From NCBI GenBank assembly GCA_963786935.1, contig CAWBAN010000001.1, positions 1,088,001-1,152,000 on the forward strand: DNA of 64,000 nucleotides, given 5' to 3'. Every line of letters starts with the position of its first letter. Position 1 is the stretch's first letter. Below are positions 1 to 9,401 of this stretch, one piece after another. The translations under genes were made by a program, and so were the position numbers. This DNA comes from an uncultured bacterium. GTDB taxonomy: Bacteria; Krumholzibacteriota; Krumholzibacteriia; Krumholzibacteriales; Krumholzibacteriaceae. The notes beneath the pieces are model-generated. The model saw only the letters and a list, made by a program, of their open reading frames with translations. It was not told the origin of the DNA and ran no database searches.

Positions 1-32
1 TCTCCTTCCGCTTTCAATATCACCGCTTCAAT

Positions 33-323
33 TCAGCCGAGTATTTCCTTCAACATCGGGCCGAGCATCGTTCTCACGCCTTCGGCGAGAGAATCGACCT
101 TGATGAGGGTGATGCAGCACGCATCGCCGTCTCTCCCGTGAAATATCACGGCGAGCTTGTCCCCCGCCCCGATCGACGCGCGCTCGCGAACGTCCTTGGG
201 CAAAACGACCTGCCCCCGCTCGTCGACGGACACGATCGACTCGATCCGGCAGCATCCGAGCCCCCGGCCCATGCCGCGCGGCCCGCAGCATTTCGATTTT
301 TCCGGTCCTTTTCCTCCAGCCAT
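33..323 (-). CDS. AbrB/MazE/SpoVT-fold DNA-binding protein with Cys pairs (HgcC-like)
   Basis: SVDERGQVVLPKDVRERASIGAGDKL is the AbrB swapped-hairpin signature; three CC pairs; AAGGAGG SD at 331-337 supports ATG at 323. Confidence 0.8.
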   Translation of the reverse strand: MAGGKGPEKSKCCGPRGMGRGLGCCRIESIVSVDERGQVVLPKDVRERASIGAGDKLAVIFHGRDGDACCITLIKVDSLAEGVRTMLGPMLKEILG

Positions 324-359
324 CGTGCGCCCTCCTTCATCACGCGTCCCCATATGATC

Positions 360-397
360 ATATTCATACTATTATGAATATTCTGATTAATCAGAAT
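360..397. promoter_or_regulatory. Two adjacent palindromic operator-like sites
   Basis: ATATTCATA-ctat-TATGAATAT (360-381) and perfect ATTCTGATTAATCAGAAT (380-397), next to minus-strand TTGACA at 398-403. Confidence 0.6.
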
Positions 398-407
398 TGT
401 CAAGCAT

Positions 408-439
408 AAAAAATGCTCCCCGTCCGGAGGCGGGGAGCA
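408..439 (-). terminator. Intrinsic terminator after malic enzyme
   Basis: TGCTCCCCG/CGGGGAGCA stem followed by T6 on the minus strand. Confidence 0.8.
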
Positions 440-513
440 GATCGATCGTCAATCACCGGGGCTTTGCCGGCGCCTTCGCACGCGCGCGGGCGCATCGCCG
501 CGGGGCCCGTCGA

Positions 514-2016
514 TCACTTCATCTTCGGCAGGCGCACGAGCCCCTTCTTCTGGAGCAGCTGGAACTTCGCGCGCGACTCCGAGATCATCTTCTCGGCCTT
601 GCTGTAGAGCTGGTCCCACGTCAGGTTCAGGCGCGCCACGCCCTGCTCGACCGCCTTGCGGCCGACCGCAGCGGCTTCCCGCGGATACACCTCGACCTCG
701 TCCATCGTCGGGATGAGGTAATCCTCGCGGAGCCCCTTGTCCTCGGCGACGCGGGCGAGCTCCGTCGCCGCGGCGATGCACATCTCGTCCGTGATCGTCT
801 TCGCCATCACGTCGAGGGTGCCGCGGAAGATGCCCGGGAAGCCGAGCGAGTTGTTGACCTGGTTCGGGAAATCGCTCCGGCCCGTCGCGACGACACGGGC
901 GCCGGCGGCCTTCGCGTCCCACGGCCATATCTCGGGAATCGGGTTCGCGCATACGAAAACGATGGAGTCCTTCGCCATCCGCGCGATCCATTCCTTCTTG
1001 ATCGTGTCGGGGCCGTTCTTCGAGAGGGCGATGAGAACGTCGGCTCCCTCCATCGCGCGCGGGACGTCTCCCGATCTCCCCTCGCCGTTCGTTTTCTGCG
1101 CCATCTCCCATTTTTCTTTCCAGTCCTGCTTGAGCTCTTCCTCGCGCCCCGTGTGCAGGATGCCCTTCGAGTCGCACATGATGATGTTCTTCGGCGTGAC
1201 GCCGGCGACCATGATCATGCGGGCGATGCAGATGTTCGCCGCGCCCGCGCCCACGAGCGTGACCTTGACCTTCGCCATGTCCTTGCCGACGATCTTGACC
1301 GCGTTGATGAGCCCGGCGACGGTGACCGCCGCGGTGCCCTGCTGGTCGTCGTGCCATACAGGAATGTGGCATTCCTTGCGGAGCGTGTCGAGGACGCGGA
1401 AGCACTTCGGCTGCGCGATATCCTCGAGATTGATGCCGCCGAACGACGGCTGGAGCAGTTTCACGAACTCGATGAGCTTGTCGGGGTCCTTCGTATCGAC
1501 GCAGATCGGGAAGGCGTCCACGCCGCCGAGGTACTTGAAAAGCATCCCCTTGCCTTCCATGACCGGCAGCCCCGCCTCCGGACCGATGTCGCCGAGCCCG
1601 AGGACGCGCGTGCCGTCCGAGACGACCGCGACGAAATTCCCCTTGTTCGTGTGCTCGAAGACCTTCTCGGGATTGTCGCGGATGTCGAGACACGGCTTCG
1701 CGACGCCCGGCGTGTACCAGATCGCGAAATCGTCGAAGCTCCGGATGCACGCCTTCGGCATGATCTCGATCTTCCCCTTGTAGAAGGGATGCATGACCAT
1801 CGCGTCGATACCGGGCTGTTTGGCCTTCGCAAGAAGCTCCTCGGTGGTGAGCGGCTTCAGGACGACCGGCTTCTTGGGGGCCGGCTTCTTGGGCGCGGGT
1901 TTCCTCGGGGCGGGCTTCTTCGCGGCCGTCTTCCTGACCGCCGCTTTCTTTGCGGGCTTCGGCGCCTTCCTGACGCTCTTCGCCTTCTTCGCGCTCTTCG
2001 CTTTCCTGGCGCTCAT
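514..2016 (-). CDS. NAD(P)-dependent malic enzyme with Lys/Ala/Pro-rich N-terminal tail
   Basis: YTPGVA, SDGTRVLGLGDIG, PVMEGK, INLEDI, HDDQQGTA, GAGAA, NQVNNSLGFPGIFRG; SD GAGGAGG upstream. Confidence 0.95.
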   Translation of the reverse strand: MSARKAKSAKKAKSVRKAPKPAKKAAVRKTAAKKPAPRKPAPKKPAPKKPVVLKPLTTEELLAKAKQPGIDAMVMHPFYKGKIEIMPKACIRSFDDFAIWYTPGVAKPCLDIRDNPEKVFEHTNKGNFVAVVSDGTRVLGLGDIGPEAGLPVMEGKGMLFKYLGGVDAFPICVDTKDPDKLIEFVKLLQPSFGGINLEDIAQPKCFRVLDTLRKECHIPVWHDDQQGTAAVTVAGLINAVKIVGKDMAKVKVTLVGAGAANICIARMIMVAGVTPKNIIMCDSKGILHTGREEELKQDWKEKWEMAQKTNGEGRSGDVPRAMEGADVLIALSKNGPDTIKKEWIARMAKDSIVFVCANPIPEIWPWDAKAAGARVVATGRSDFPNQVNNSLGFPGIFRGTLDVMAKTITDEMCIAAATELARVAEDKGLREDYLIPTMDEVEVYPREAAAVGRKAVEQGVARLNLTWDQLYSKAEKMISESRAKFQLLQKKGLVRLPKMK

Positions 2017-2064
2017 CGACTACCTCCTCTGGAAATGAAATGAATCAAGTCGGTGGATGACCGT

Positions 2065-2613
2065 CTATCGAGCCAGCACTTCCGCGCCGGCCTTGAGACC
2101 TTCATCGAAGGCCTTCATGTTCAGCTCCTCGGTGCCCTTGGGCACGCGGGCGAGAATCGCCTTCCGCACGGCGTCTTCCGAGGCGACGCCCGAGATCTTC
2201 GTGAGGATGCCGAGCGCCACGATGTTCGTCACGACGGCCTTGCCGATCTTCTTCACGGCGATCTCGGTGATCGGAGCCTGGTAGAGCTTGTAGTTCCCCT
2301 TCGGCAGATCCTTCACGAGCCCCGAGTCGACGATGAGGGTGCCGCCCGCCTTGAGATCCTTGCTGTACTTCGTGCAGGACACCTGCGTGAGGGCCAACAG
2401 CAGGTCGAGGTCGAGGACCTTCGGATAATCGATCTCGCCGTCGGCGATGACGACCTCCGCCTTGCTCGCGCCGCCGCGGGCCTCGGGCCCGTAGCTCTGG
2501 GTCTGCACCGCGTTGCGGCCGTCGTAGATGACGACCGCCTCGGCGAGGATCTTGCCTGCCAGGATGAGCCCCTGGCCGCCGGAACCGCTCAGACGCATTT
2601 CGAATCGATCCAT
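2065..2613 (-). CDS. 2-oxoacid:ferredoxin oxidoreductase gamma subunit (KorC-like)
   Basis: GSGGQG, QTQSYGPEARGGAS motifs. Confidence 0.93.
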   Translation of the reverse strand: MDRFEMRLSGSGGQGLILAGKILAEAVVIYDGRNAVQTQSYGPEARGGASKAEVVIADGEIDYPKVLDLDLLLALTQVSCTKYSKDLKAGGTLIVDSGLVKDLPKGNYKLYQAPITEIAVKKIGKAVVTNIVALGILTKISGVASEDAVRKAILARVPKGTEELNMKAFDEGLKAGAEVLAR

Positions 2614-2640
2614 TGTCGCTCCCGTTGTAGCGCCGACCGT

Positions 2641-3468
2641 CTATTCTTTGGTCTGCTTATCAGCCTGCAATTTCGCGATGAGCTTGTCGTACTCGGCCGT
2701 GAACTCCGGCCGCTCCACGTCCCAGAGGACGCCCGCGGCCATCTTGCCCGCCTTCTCGTCCTCGGCCATCTTGTCGAGCTTATCCTTCACGACGACGTTG
2801 TCTTTCAGCCAGTTCATCATGTCGACGGGGGTGCCCTGTTTATTTCGCCGCCCGTACGCGGTCGGACACGGCGTGAGAATCTCGACGACGGAAAAGCCCT
2901 TCTTCTGAAGCGCTCCCACGATGAGCTTGTCGAGCTGCTGGACGTGGTACACGTCTCCGAGCGCCACGTAGGAGGCGCCCGCCGCCTGCGCGAGCCCCGC
3001 GATGTTGAACGAAGGCTCCAAATTCCCGAACGGCGCGGTCGAGGCGTTCTTGCCCCGCGGCGTCGTCGGCGACACCTGCCCGCCCGTCATGCCGTAGATG
3101 AAATTGTTGTAGAGGAGCACGGTGAGATCGATGTTCCGGCGCGCGGCGTGGATGTAATGGTTCCCGCCGATCGCCGTCGCGTCGCCGTCCCCCGTCACCA
3201 CGATCACGTGCAGCTTCGGGTTGGCGAGCTTCACGCCTGTCGCGAACGCGATCGCGCGGCCGTGCGTCGTGTGGAGCGTGTTGATGTCGATGTAGCCCGC
3301 CGTCCTGCTCGCGCAGCCGATGCCCGACACCATGACCGCCTCGTCCTTGGGGATGCCCGTCTTCTTGAGCGCCCTGATGAGCGACTTGAGCACGATGCCG
3401 TCGCCGCAGCCCGAGCACCAGATGTGGGGGAGGTTCCGTTCGCGGACGTAGTCCATATAGTTGAACAC
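2641..3468 (-). CDS. 2-oxoacid:ferredoxin oxidoreductase beta subunit (KorB-like)
   Basis: WCSGCG, SGIGC, HGRA, TPP motif GDGD...NN, YGMTGGQ, PCPT. Confidence 0.95.
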   Translation of the reverse strand: MFNYMDYVRERNLPHIWCSGCGDGIVLKSLIRALKKTGIPKDEAVMVSGIGCASRTAGYIDINTLHTTHGRAIAFATGVKLANPKLHVIVVTGDGDATAIGGNHYIHAARRNIDLTVLLYNNFIYGMTGGQVSPTTPRGKNASTAPFGNLEPSFNIAGLAQAAGASYVALGDVYHVQQLDKLIVGALQKKGFSVVEILTPCPTAYGRRNKQGTPVDMMNWLKDNVVVKDKLDKMAEDEKAGKMAAGVLWDVERPEFTAEYDKLIAKLQADKQTKE

Positions 3469-3469
3469 C

Positions 3470-4615
3470 TCACACCACCTCCCTGATCCGGTCGACGATC
3501 TGTTTCGGCGTGATCGGATCTCCGTCGACGCGATTCACCTTGTGAACCTCCGCCTTGCACTTCGCGGCGAGCTCGACCTCGCGCGCCATCTGCCCGAGGT
3601 TCAGCTCGGGGACGACGAACGCCTTCACCTTGCCCGCGATGTCGAGGATCTCCTCCGACGGGAACGGCCAGACCGTCGTCGGCTCGAAGAGCCCCGCCTT
3701 GATGCCCGCCTCGCGGCACTCCTTCACGGCGCGCCGCGCCGAGCGCGCCACGCCGCCGTACGCGAAAACGGCGACCTCGGCGTCGTCGAGATGGAACTCC
3801 CGCCAGCGGATGATCTCCTTGCGGTGGCGCTCGATCTTCTCGGTCAGGTGGAGGATGTTCGCCTCGATCTTCTTCGAGTCATTCGTCGGAAATCCCGAAT
3901 CGTCGTGGCAAAGGCCGGTCACGTTGTAGCGGTATCCCGTTCCGAAATTCGCGAGCACGGGGATGCCGTTCTCGGTCTTTTCGTACGGGAGATACTTGTC
4001 CGGGGGCACCGAGGGCTGTCTGCGGTTCACGATCTCGACGCTGTCCTTGTCGGGCAGAACCATCTTCTCGGTCATGTGACCGACGATCTCGTCGAACATG
4101 AGCAGCACGGGCGTCATGTACGTCTCGGCGAGGTTGAACGCGCGGATCGTCTGCTCGAACATCTCCTGGGCGGACGCCGCGGTGAGCGCGATGACCCCGT
4201 GGTCGCCGTGAGATCCCCAGCGAGCCTGCTGCATGTCCATCTGCGCGGGAAGGGTCGGCGTTCCGGTGCTCGGCCCGCCGCGCTGGACGTCGACGACGAC
4301 GCACGGCACCTCGGCCATCACCGCGTGCCCCAGATTCTCCTGCTTGAGGCTGAAGCCCGGACCCGACGTCGCCGTGAGCGTCTTGGCCCCCGCGAGGGAA
4401 GCGCCGATGATCGCGCCCATCGCGGCGATCTCGTCTTCCATCTGGATGAACTTCCCGCCGACCTTCGGCAGCTTGCGCACGAGGTACTCGGCGATTTCCG
4501 AGGAAGGCGTGATGGGATAGCCCGCGAAGAAGCGGCAGCCGGCCCAGATCGCTCCCTCCGCGCAGGCGTCGTTCCCCTGCATCATGACGATCTTTCCCGC
4601 GGTAGTCTTCGACAA
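3470..4615 (-). CDS. 2-oxoacid:ferredoxin oxidoreductase alpha subunit (KorA-like)
   Basis: GYPITPSS, QMEDE, TATSGPG, QRGGPSTG; TTG start at 4615 with AAGGAG SD. Confidence 0.95.
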   Translation of the reverse strand: MSKTTAGKIVMMQGNDACAEGAIWAGCRFFAGYPITPSSEIAEYLVRKLPKVGGKFIQMEDEIAAMGAIIGASLAGAKTLTATSGPGFSLKQENLGHAVMAEVPCVVVDVQRGGPSTGTPTLPAQMDMQQARWGSHGDHGVIALTAASAQEMFEQTIRAFNLAETYMTPVLLMFDEIVGHMTEKMVLPDKDSVEIVNRRQPSVPPDKYLPYEKTENGIPVLANFGTGYRYNVTGLCHDDSGFPTNDSKKIEANILHLTEKIERHRKEIIRWREFHLDDAEVAVFAYGGVARSARRAVKECREAGIKAGLFEPTTVWPFPSEEILDIAGKVKAFVVPELNLGQMAREVELAAKCKAEVHKVNRVDGDPITPKQIVDRIREVV

Positions 4616-4693
4616 AGCTGTCGTCTCCTTTTTCAGCCGGGGCGCGGCGGCGCCGCTCAAGCGCCGTGCCGTCCCGCGCCGGCGTCCAAGGGC

Positions 4694-4725
4694 AAAAAAA
4701 CGAGGACCCCGCGCGGGAGGTCCTC
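4694..4725 (-). terminator. Intrinsic-terminator-like hairpin between the ferredoxin and alpha-subunit genes
   Basis: GAGGACC...GGTCCTC stem followed by T7 on the minus strand. Confidence 0.65.
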
Positions 4726-4942
4726 ATTCAACCGTAATCGCGAAATCAGGGCATCTGAGCTCGCACAGCATGCACTTGATGCAGTCTTCCTGCCGTGCGA
4801 CCTTGACCTTCCCGCCCTCCATCTCGAGCACGTTCTTCGGGCAGTAGGCCACGCAGATCTCGCAACCCTTGCACCACTTGAGGTTGACTTTTATGATTGC
4901 TTGCTTTTTTTCCGCAGCCTGGCCTTCAGCCACCCCGACCAC
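4724..4942 (-). CDS. 2[4Fe-4S] ferredoxin / oxidoreductase delta subunit (KorD-like)
   Basis: CKGCEICVAYCP and CIKCMLCELRCPDFAI; start uncertain. Confidence 0.92.
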   Translation of the reverse strand: MVGVAEGQAAEKKQAIIKVNLKWCKGCEICVAYCPKNVLEMEGGKVKVARQEDCIKCMLCELRCPDFAITVE

Positions 4943-5154
4943 ATCCGATCAGGTTTATTCCACGCCACAAAAGCGATAAATCCGGAAAGCGAAGAAGCTC
5001 GCTCGAAATTGGTGTCAATATATACCAGCCCAAAAATCGTTGCAAGCCTTTTCAATTCCTATGGCAAATTTTATTCAGGATAATTGAAAAGCGGCGGGAA
5101 ATGCGCCTGGAATCGCCGACCGGAAGCGGCGGCGCGGGAGGCCATTTAAATTTC

Positions 5155-5230
5155 TGGAGCTGGCGCGCGGAATTGAACCGCGGACCTGCGCATTACGAGT
5201 GCGCTGCTCTACCAGCTGAGCTACGCCAGC
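5155..5230 (-). tRNA. tRNA-Thr(CGT)
   Basis: 76-nt cloverleaf GCTGGCG...CGCCAGC-TCCA; anticodon arm GCGCA-CTCGTAA-TGCGC; GGTTCAA T-loop; encoded CCA. Confidence 0.97.
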
Positions 5231-5365
5231 TCCGAATGTCCTATTTTAAGTATTCGCAAGGTCCCGCGCAATGCTTTTTCTTGAAAATGCCGGGATTCGC
5301 CTCCGATGCGGGGACTCTCCCCGCTGCCGGCGCCCTCGTGCAGACCGGCTCCTCGCGCATCTTCT

Positions 5366-6604
5366 TCAAATCATTCTCTTCAAGCGAAGAGAGATATCCT
5401 TCGTCTCTTCCCCCCGCTTGATGGCGAAGCGCACTTCCTTCCCCTCGCGGAGCATGTATTCGCGGAGTTCCTCCCTCGTGAAGCTCCCCGCGGCGCGCCC
5501 GTCGATCGAGGTGACGACGTCCCCCGGCGCGATTCCCGCCAGAGCCGCCGGCGTGCCGTCGTAGACGATGAAAACCTTGAGGAGATCGAAGCGCTCCCCT
5601 TCCATGACGAAGCGGATCCCGCACATGTCGAACTCGAACGGCGCGCCGAAGCCGGCGTTCTTCTCGAGGAAGATCTGCGAGCGCTTGTAGTCGAGAACGA
5701 CGGTGAACCGGCACAGGAAATCGGCGCCGATGATCCCGGCGAAGCTCGTGTCGGCGAGGGCGCCCGCCGTGTCGGAGGAAAAGGACATCACGGGATTCTC
5801 GAACAGGATAGATCCGATGCGGATCCCCTCCACGCGCCCGACGATCCCCTTGCTCGCCCCGCCGATGCCGAAGCCCGTGACGCCTTCGAGCGTGCGCGGG
5901 CTCTGCGCGGCGAGCCCGTGCCTCTTGGCGTAGGGGCTGTTGAAGAGGGAGAGCCGCACGCCGGTGTCGAGGAGAAACACCGTCTCGAGCGGCTTTTCGG
6001 CGCCGTAGAGGGACACCTGCGCCGGAACGAGGATGTAGTTGCCGCGCATCGTGACGGGAATGCGCTCGCCGGGCCCCTTGTATTCGTATGCATTCGCGTC
6101 GTGGAACACGACGCGCTCGCGCTCGTAATCGATGACCGTGACGAGGGTCGAGAGGAGATCGCCTCCGAACAGGCCGTCTTTCCGCTTGCCCCAATGCGGG
6201 TCCATCCTCCGCACGGGGAACGTCAGGAGCGGCCGGCCGGCGAACGAGAGCCCCGGCATCGACACCGCATTCGAATCGGCGAATCCGAACGGGACGGCTT
6301 CCTCCCCCGCTCCTCCCCCCTCGCCGATCGGAGTCGATCGGAGCGCGATCGATGTCGCGGTCCCGTCGTCCAGCGCCGTGAGATCCCCGTCGCCCGTGTC
6401 GAGCACGAAGGGGAACGGTCCCGATCCGTTGATCGAGACGGGGAAATAGATGATGCGGTCGAATATCTCGACGTCGCGCACGACGAGGCTGTCGCCGCGC
6501 TCGAAGCGCGGGACCGCGGGGGGAAGCTGCTGCGCGAGCGCGGCGAGGGGGCCAAATGCCGAAGCGAAGAAAATGGCACCGAGGAAGAACGTCGCTTTCT
6601 TCAT
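5366..6604 (-). CDS. Secreted aspartyl protease (two retropepsin-like DTG domains) with C-terminal PDZ
   Basis: Signal peptide; VLDTG and LLDTG; GLFGGD and GIIGAD; TPAALAGIAPGDVVTSIDG PDZ. Confidence 0.85.
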   Translation of the reverse strand: MKKATFFLGAIFFASAFGPLAALAQQLPPAVPRFERGDSLVVRDVEIFDRIIYFPVSINGSGPFPFVLDTGDGDLTALDDGTATSIALRSTPIGEGGGAGEEAVPFGFADSNAVSMPGLSFAGRPLLTFPVRRMDPHWGKRKDGLFGGDLLSTLVTVIDYERERVVFHDANAYEYKGPGERIPVTMRGNYILVPAQVSLYGAEKPLETVFLLDTGVRLSLFNSPYAKRHGLAAQSPRTLEGVTGFGIGGASKGIVGRVEGIRIGSILFENPVMSFSSDTAGALADTSFAGIIGADFLCRFTVVLDYKRSQIFLEKNAGFGAPFEFDMCGIRFVMEGERFDLLKVFIVYDGTPAALAGIAPGDVVTSIDGRAAGSFTREELREYMLREGKEVRFAIKRGEETKDISLRLKRMI

Positions 6605-6691
6605 TCGAGAATCTCCTTTTCAAGGGGCACGTGATACAGGTAGATACGCCGAACCGCGCGTTGCGTTCCAGGAGATTCTTCCGAGACGGCC

Positions 6692-7369
6692 CTAGTGTTG
6701 AAAAAGCCCCGCGATCCGGATGCCTTTCTCCACGAATTCCCGGAGGGCCTCCGGTTTGATCCGCTTCGAGTGCCGGTACACGATCAACGCGCGCCCGTCC
6801 GCCTCGACGCAGAGCCCCTCCTCCGCTTCGAAGAACATCAGCACGCGCCCCGTGAAAACGTTTCTGACGGCCGCTTCGTCCGGTCCGCGCAGAAGATACT
6901 TCGCGGAGAAGGCGGGATTGCTCTCGAAATCGATGTCCTGATAGCCCATCATCGAGCCGAGCTTGTGGAATACGTGCTCCGGCCTCATGCTGAACGCGGG
7001 CAGGCTGCGTCCCGGCGGATGGAGCGAGATCGCGGTCTGCGTCCACGTATGCTGGTTCTTGCCCGCCCCGACGGTATACTGATAGTCGAACACGGCGACG
7101 TTCGAATCCCGGACCGTCCCCCGCATCAGGTTCCTGATCTTCTTGGAGCGCCCCTGCGAGAAAAGGTGCAGCGCGGCGTGCTCCGACATCGCCGTCTCGT
7201 CGCCTTCCGGCGTGAACGAAAGCCGTAGCTCGGCGGCGACGCGCGCGAGCTCCTCGGAGCGCTTTCTCTGAAGCCGATAGCTGAAATAGAGCGCGGCCCC
7301 GACTCCCGCAGCCACGGCGATTACGAGAAGAATCGCGATGTTCTGATGCATGCCCCCCCATTTCATCAC
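6692..7369 (-). CDS. Hypothetical protein with N-terminal membrane anchor
   Basis: One hydrophobic N-terminal helix, QDIDFESNPAFSAKY motif, native-looking codon usage; start uncertain. Confidence 0.7.
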   Translation of the reverse strand: MMKWGGMHQNIAILLVIAVAAGVGAALYFSYRLQRKRSEELARVAAELRLSFTPEGDETAMSEHAALHLFSQGRSKKIRNLMRGTVRDSNVAVFDYQYTVGAGKNQHTWTQTAISLHPPGRSLPAFSMRPEHVFHKLGSMMGYQDIDFESNPAFSAKYLLRGPDEAAVRNVFTGRVLMFFEAEEGLCVEADGRALIVYRHSKRIKPEALREFVEKGIRIAGLFQH

Positions 7370-7489
7370 GGCGCCGCTACCCCGATCGAACCGGGGGAAT
7401 TATAGATGAAACGGGCAGCCCCGGTCAACCGTCGCCTGCCTCGGCACGAGCGCGCGGCGGCTCCGGCGCCGGCTCTCTCTCGCCGGCGA

Positions 7490-8707
7490 TTACTCGTAGT
7501 GCAGCGCCTCGATCGGGTTGAGCGCGGCCGCCTTCTTCGCGGGGTAGAATCCGAAGAATATGCCGATGATCCCCGAGAAGAAGAACGAAACGGCGATGGT
7601 CACCGGATCGATCACGACGGACGCCGAGATCGCCCGGCCGATAATCCCCGCCGTCACGAGCCCGAGGAGAATCCCGAGCACGCCCCCCATGAGGCTGATG
7701 ACGGCGGCCTCGATGAGAAACTGCACGAGCACGTCCGCCTCGCGAGCGCCGATCGCGAGCCGGATACCGATCTCTCTCGTCCGCTCCGTCACGGAGACGA
7801 GCATGATGTTCATGATCCCGATGCCCCCGACGAGGAGCGACACGCCGGCCACCGCGCTGAGGAGGAGCGTCATCATTCTCGTGACGGAAGTCGCCATCTC
7901 GTTGAGCTCCGTCTGCGTGCGGATCGAGAAGTTGTTTTCCTCGGATCCGGCCAGGCGGTGCGCCTTGCGCATGATCTTCTCGATCTCGGTCCTCGCCGAT
8001 TCGACCTGGTCCTCCGAAACGGCGCTCACCGTGATGCTGTTGATCCATTTCCCATCCCCGAGCCGGTACAGAACCGTCGTGGCGGGCGCGAGGATGATGT
8101 CGTCCTGATCCTGCCCCATCATGTTCTGCCCTTTCCTGCTCAGCACGCCGACGACGGTGAAGGGCACGTTGCCGACGCGGATTCGCGCGCCGATCGGGTC
8201 CTGCCCGGGATAGAGCGTGTCCGCCACGGTGGCGCCGAGCACCGCGACCTTGGACAGGGCCTTGACGTCGCGCTCGGTGAAGAACGCGCCGCGTTCGACG
8301 GACCAGCTTCGGATGTCGGAGTAGTTCTCCGCGACCCCCTGAATGCTCGTGAACCAATTATTGCGCCCCGCGATCACCTGCGCGCTCTCGCGGACGACCG
8401 GGGACACCTTGCTGACGAGCGTCGCCTCCTTCTCGATCTTTTCCGCGTCGGTCAACGTGAGCGTATGCCAGCTCCCCGCCCCGCGGCTCACCCCGCCGAA
8501 GCCGCTCGCCCCCGGCATGACCATGAGAAGGTTCGTTCCGAGCGATTGAATCTTGCCCGAGATGTCGGACTGCGTCCCCCTGCCGACCGAGATGAGGGCG
8601 ATCACCGAGGCGACGCCGATGATGATGCCGAGCATCGTGAGGAAACTGCGCATTCGGTTCTTCATGATGCTCTTGAGGGCGACCTTGATCAGGCTCTTCC
8701 ATTTCAT
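7490..8707 (-). CDS. MacB/FtsX-family ABC transporter permease
   Basis: [50 protein letters not shown]. Confidence 0.95.
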   Translation of the reverse strand: MKWKSLIKVALKSIMKNRMRSFLTMLGIIIGVASVIALISVGRGTQSDISGKIQSLGTNLLMVMPGASGFGGVSRGAGSWHTLTLTDAEKIEKEATLVSKVSPVVRESAQVIAGRNNWFTSIQGVAENYSDIRSWSVERGAFFTERDVKALSKVAVLGATVADTLYPGQDPIGARIRVGNVPFTVVGVLSRKGQNMMGQDQDDIILAPATTVLYRLGDGKWINSITVSAVSEDQVESARTEIEKIMRKAHRLAGSEENNFSIRTQTELNEMATSVTRMMTLLLSAVAGVSLLVGGIGIMNIMLVSVTERTREIGIRLAIGAREADVLVQFLIEAAVISLMGGVLGILLGLVTAGIIGRAISASVVIDPVTIAVSFFFSGIIGIFFGFYPAKKAAALNPIEALHYE

Positions 8708-9386
8708 AGCTCGACGTCCTTTACGATGCGCCCGTCGCGAAGCTCGATCGCGCGGCGCGCCTGATGGGCGATGTCCGGCTCGTGCGTCACGAGAATGATC
8801 GTCATCCCCTGCCGGTTCAGGTCCCTGAATATCTCGATGATCTCCATGGAGGTTTTCGTGTCGAGGTTCCCCGTCGGCTCGTCGGCGAGGAGAATGGACG
8901 GCTCGTTGATGAGCGCCCGCGCGATCGCGACGCGCTGCTGCTCCCCCCCGAGAGCTTGTTCGGCTCGTGGTGGATCCGGTCCGCGAGGCCGACGCGGGTG
9001 AGCACCTCGAGCGCTTTCCCCGCCGGATTCTTGATCCGCGCCGCTCGATCGTACAGGAGCGGGAGCTCCACGTTTTCGAGCGCCGACGTGCGCGGGAGCA
9101 GGTTGAATCCCTGAAACACGAAACCGATCCGTTCGTTCCGGATGTTGGCGAGCTCCCCCTTGCCGAGTCCGCCGACGCGCGTGCCTCCGAGGAGGTATTC
9201 GCCGCTCGTCGCGAGATCGAGGCATCCGAGGATGTTCAGCATCGTCGATTTCCCCGATCCCGACGCCCCCGTGATAGCGACGAATTCCTTCTCCTCCACC
9301 GCCATATCGATGCCGTTCAGGGCGTGAACGTCGATTTCACCCATCCGGTACGTCTTCGTGAGATCATGCAGCTCGATGAGCGCCAT
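8704..9386 (-). CDS. MacB/LolD-type ABC ATPase (frameshift at G7 run 8943-8949)
   Basis: Walker [10 protein letters not shown] in one frame; [30 protein letters not shown] in the next; one extra G restores the frame. Confidence 0.9.
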
Positions 9387-9401
9387 ACGTTCCTCTTCCT
9401 T

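Noticed and set aside
33..323. MazE-type antitoxin of a toxin-antitoxin pair
   Set aside because: No toxin gene visible and the Cys pairs are atypical; not fully excluded because the next gene is off the window
5155..5230. tRNA-Thr (and tRNA-Phe) as island integration sites
   Set aside because: No integrase, no duplicated tRNA 3' end seen, and the 3' flanks are housekeeping genes
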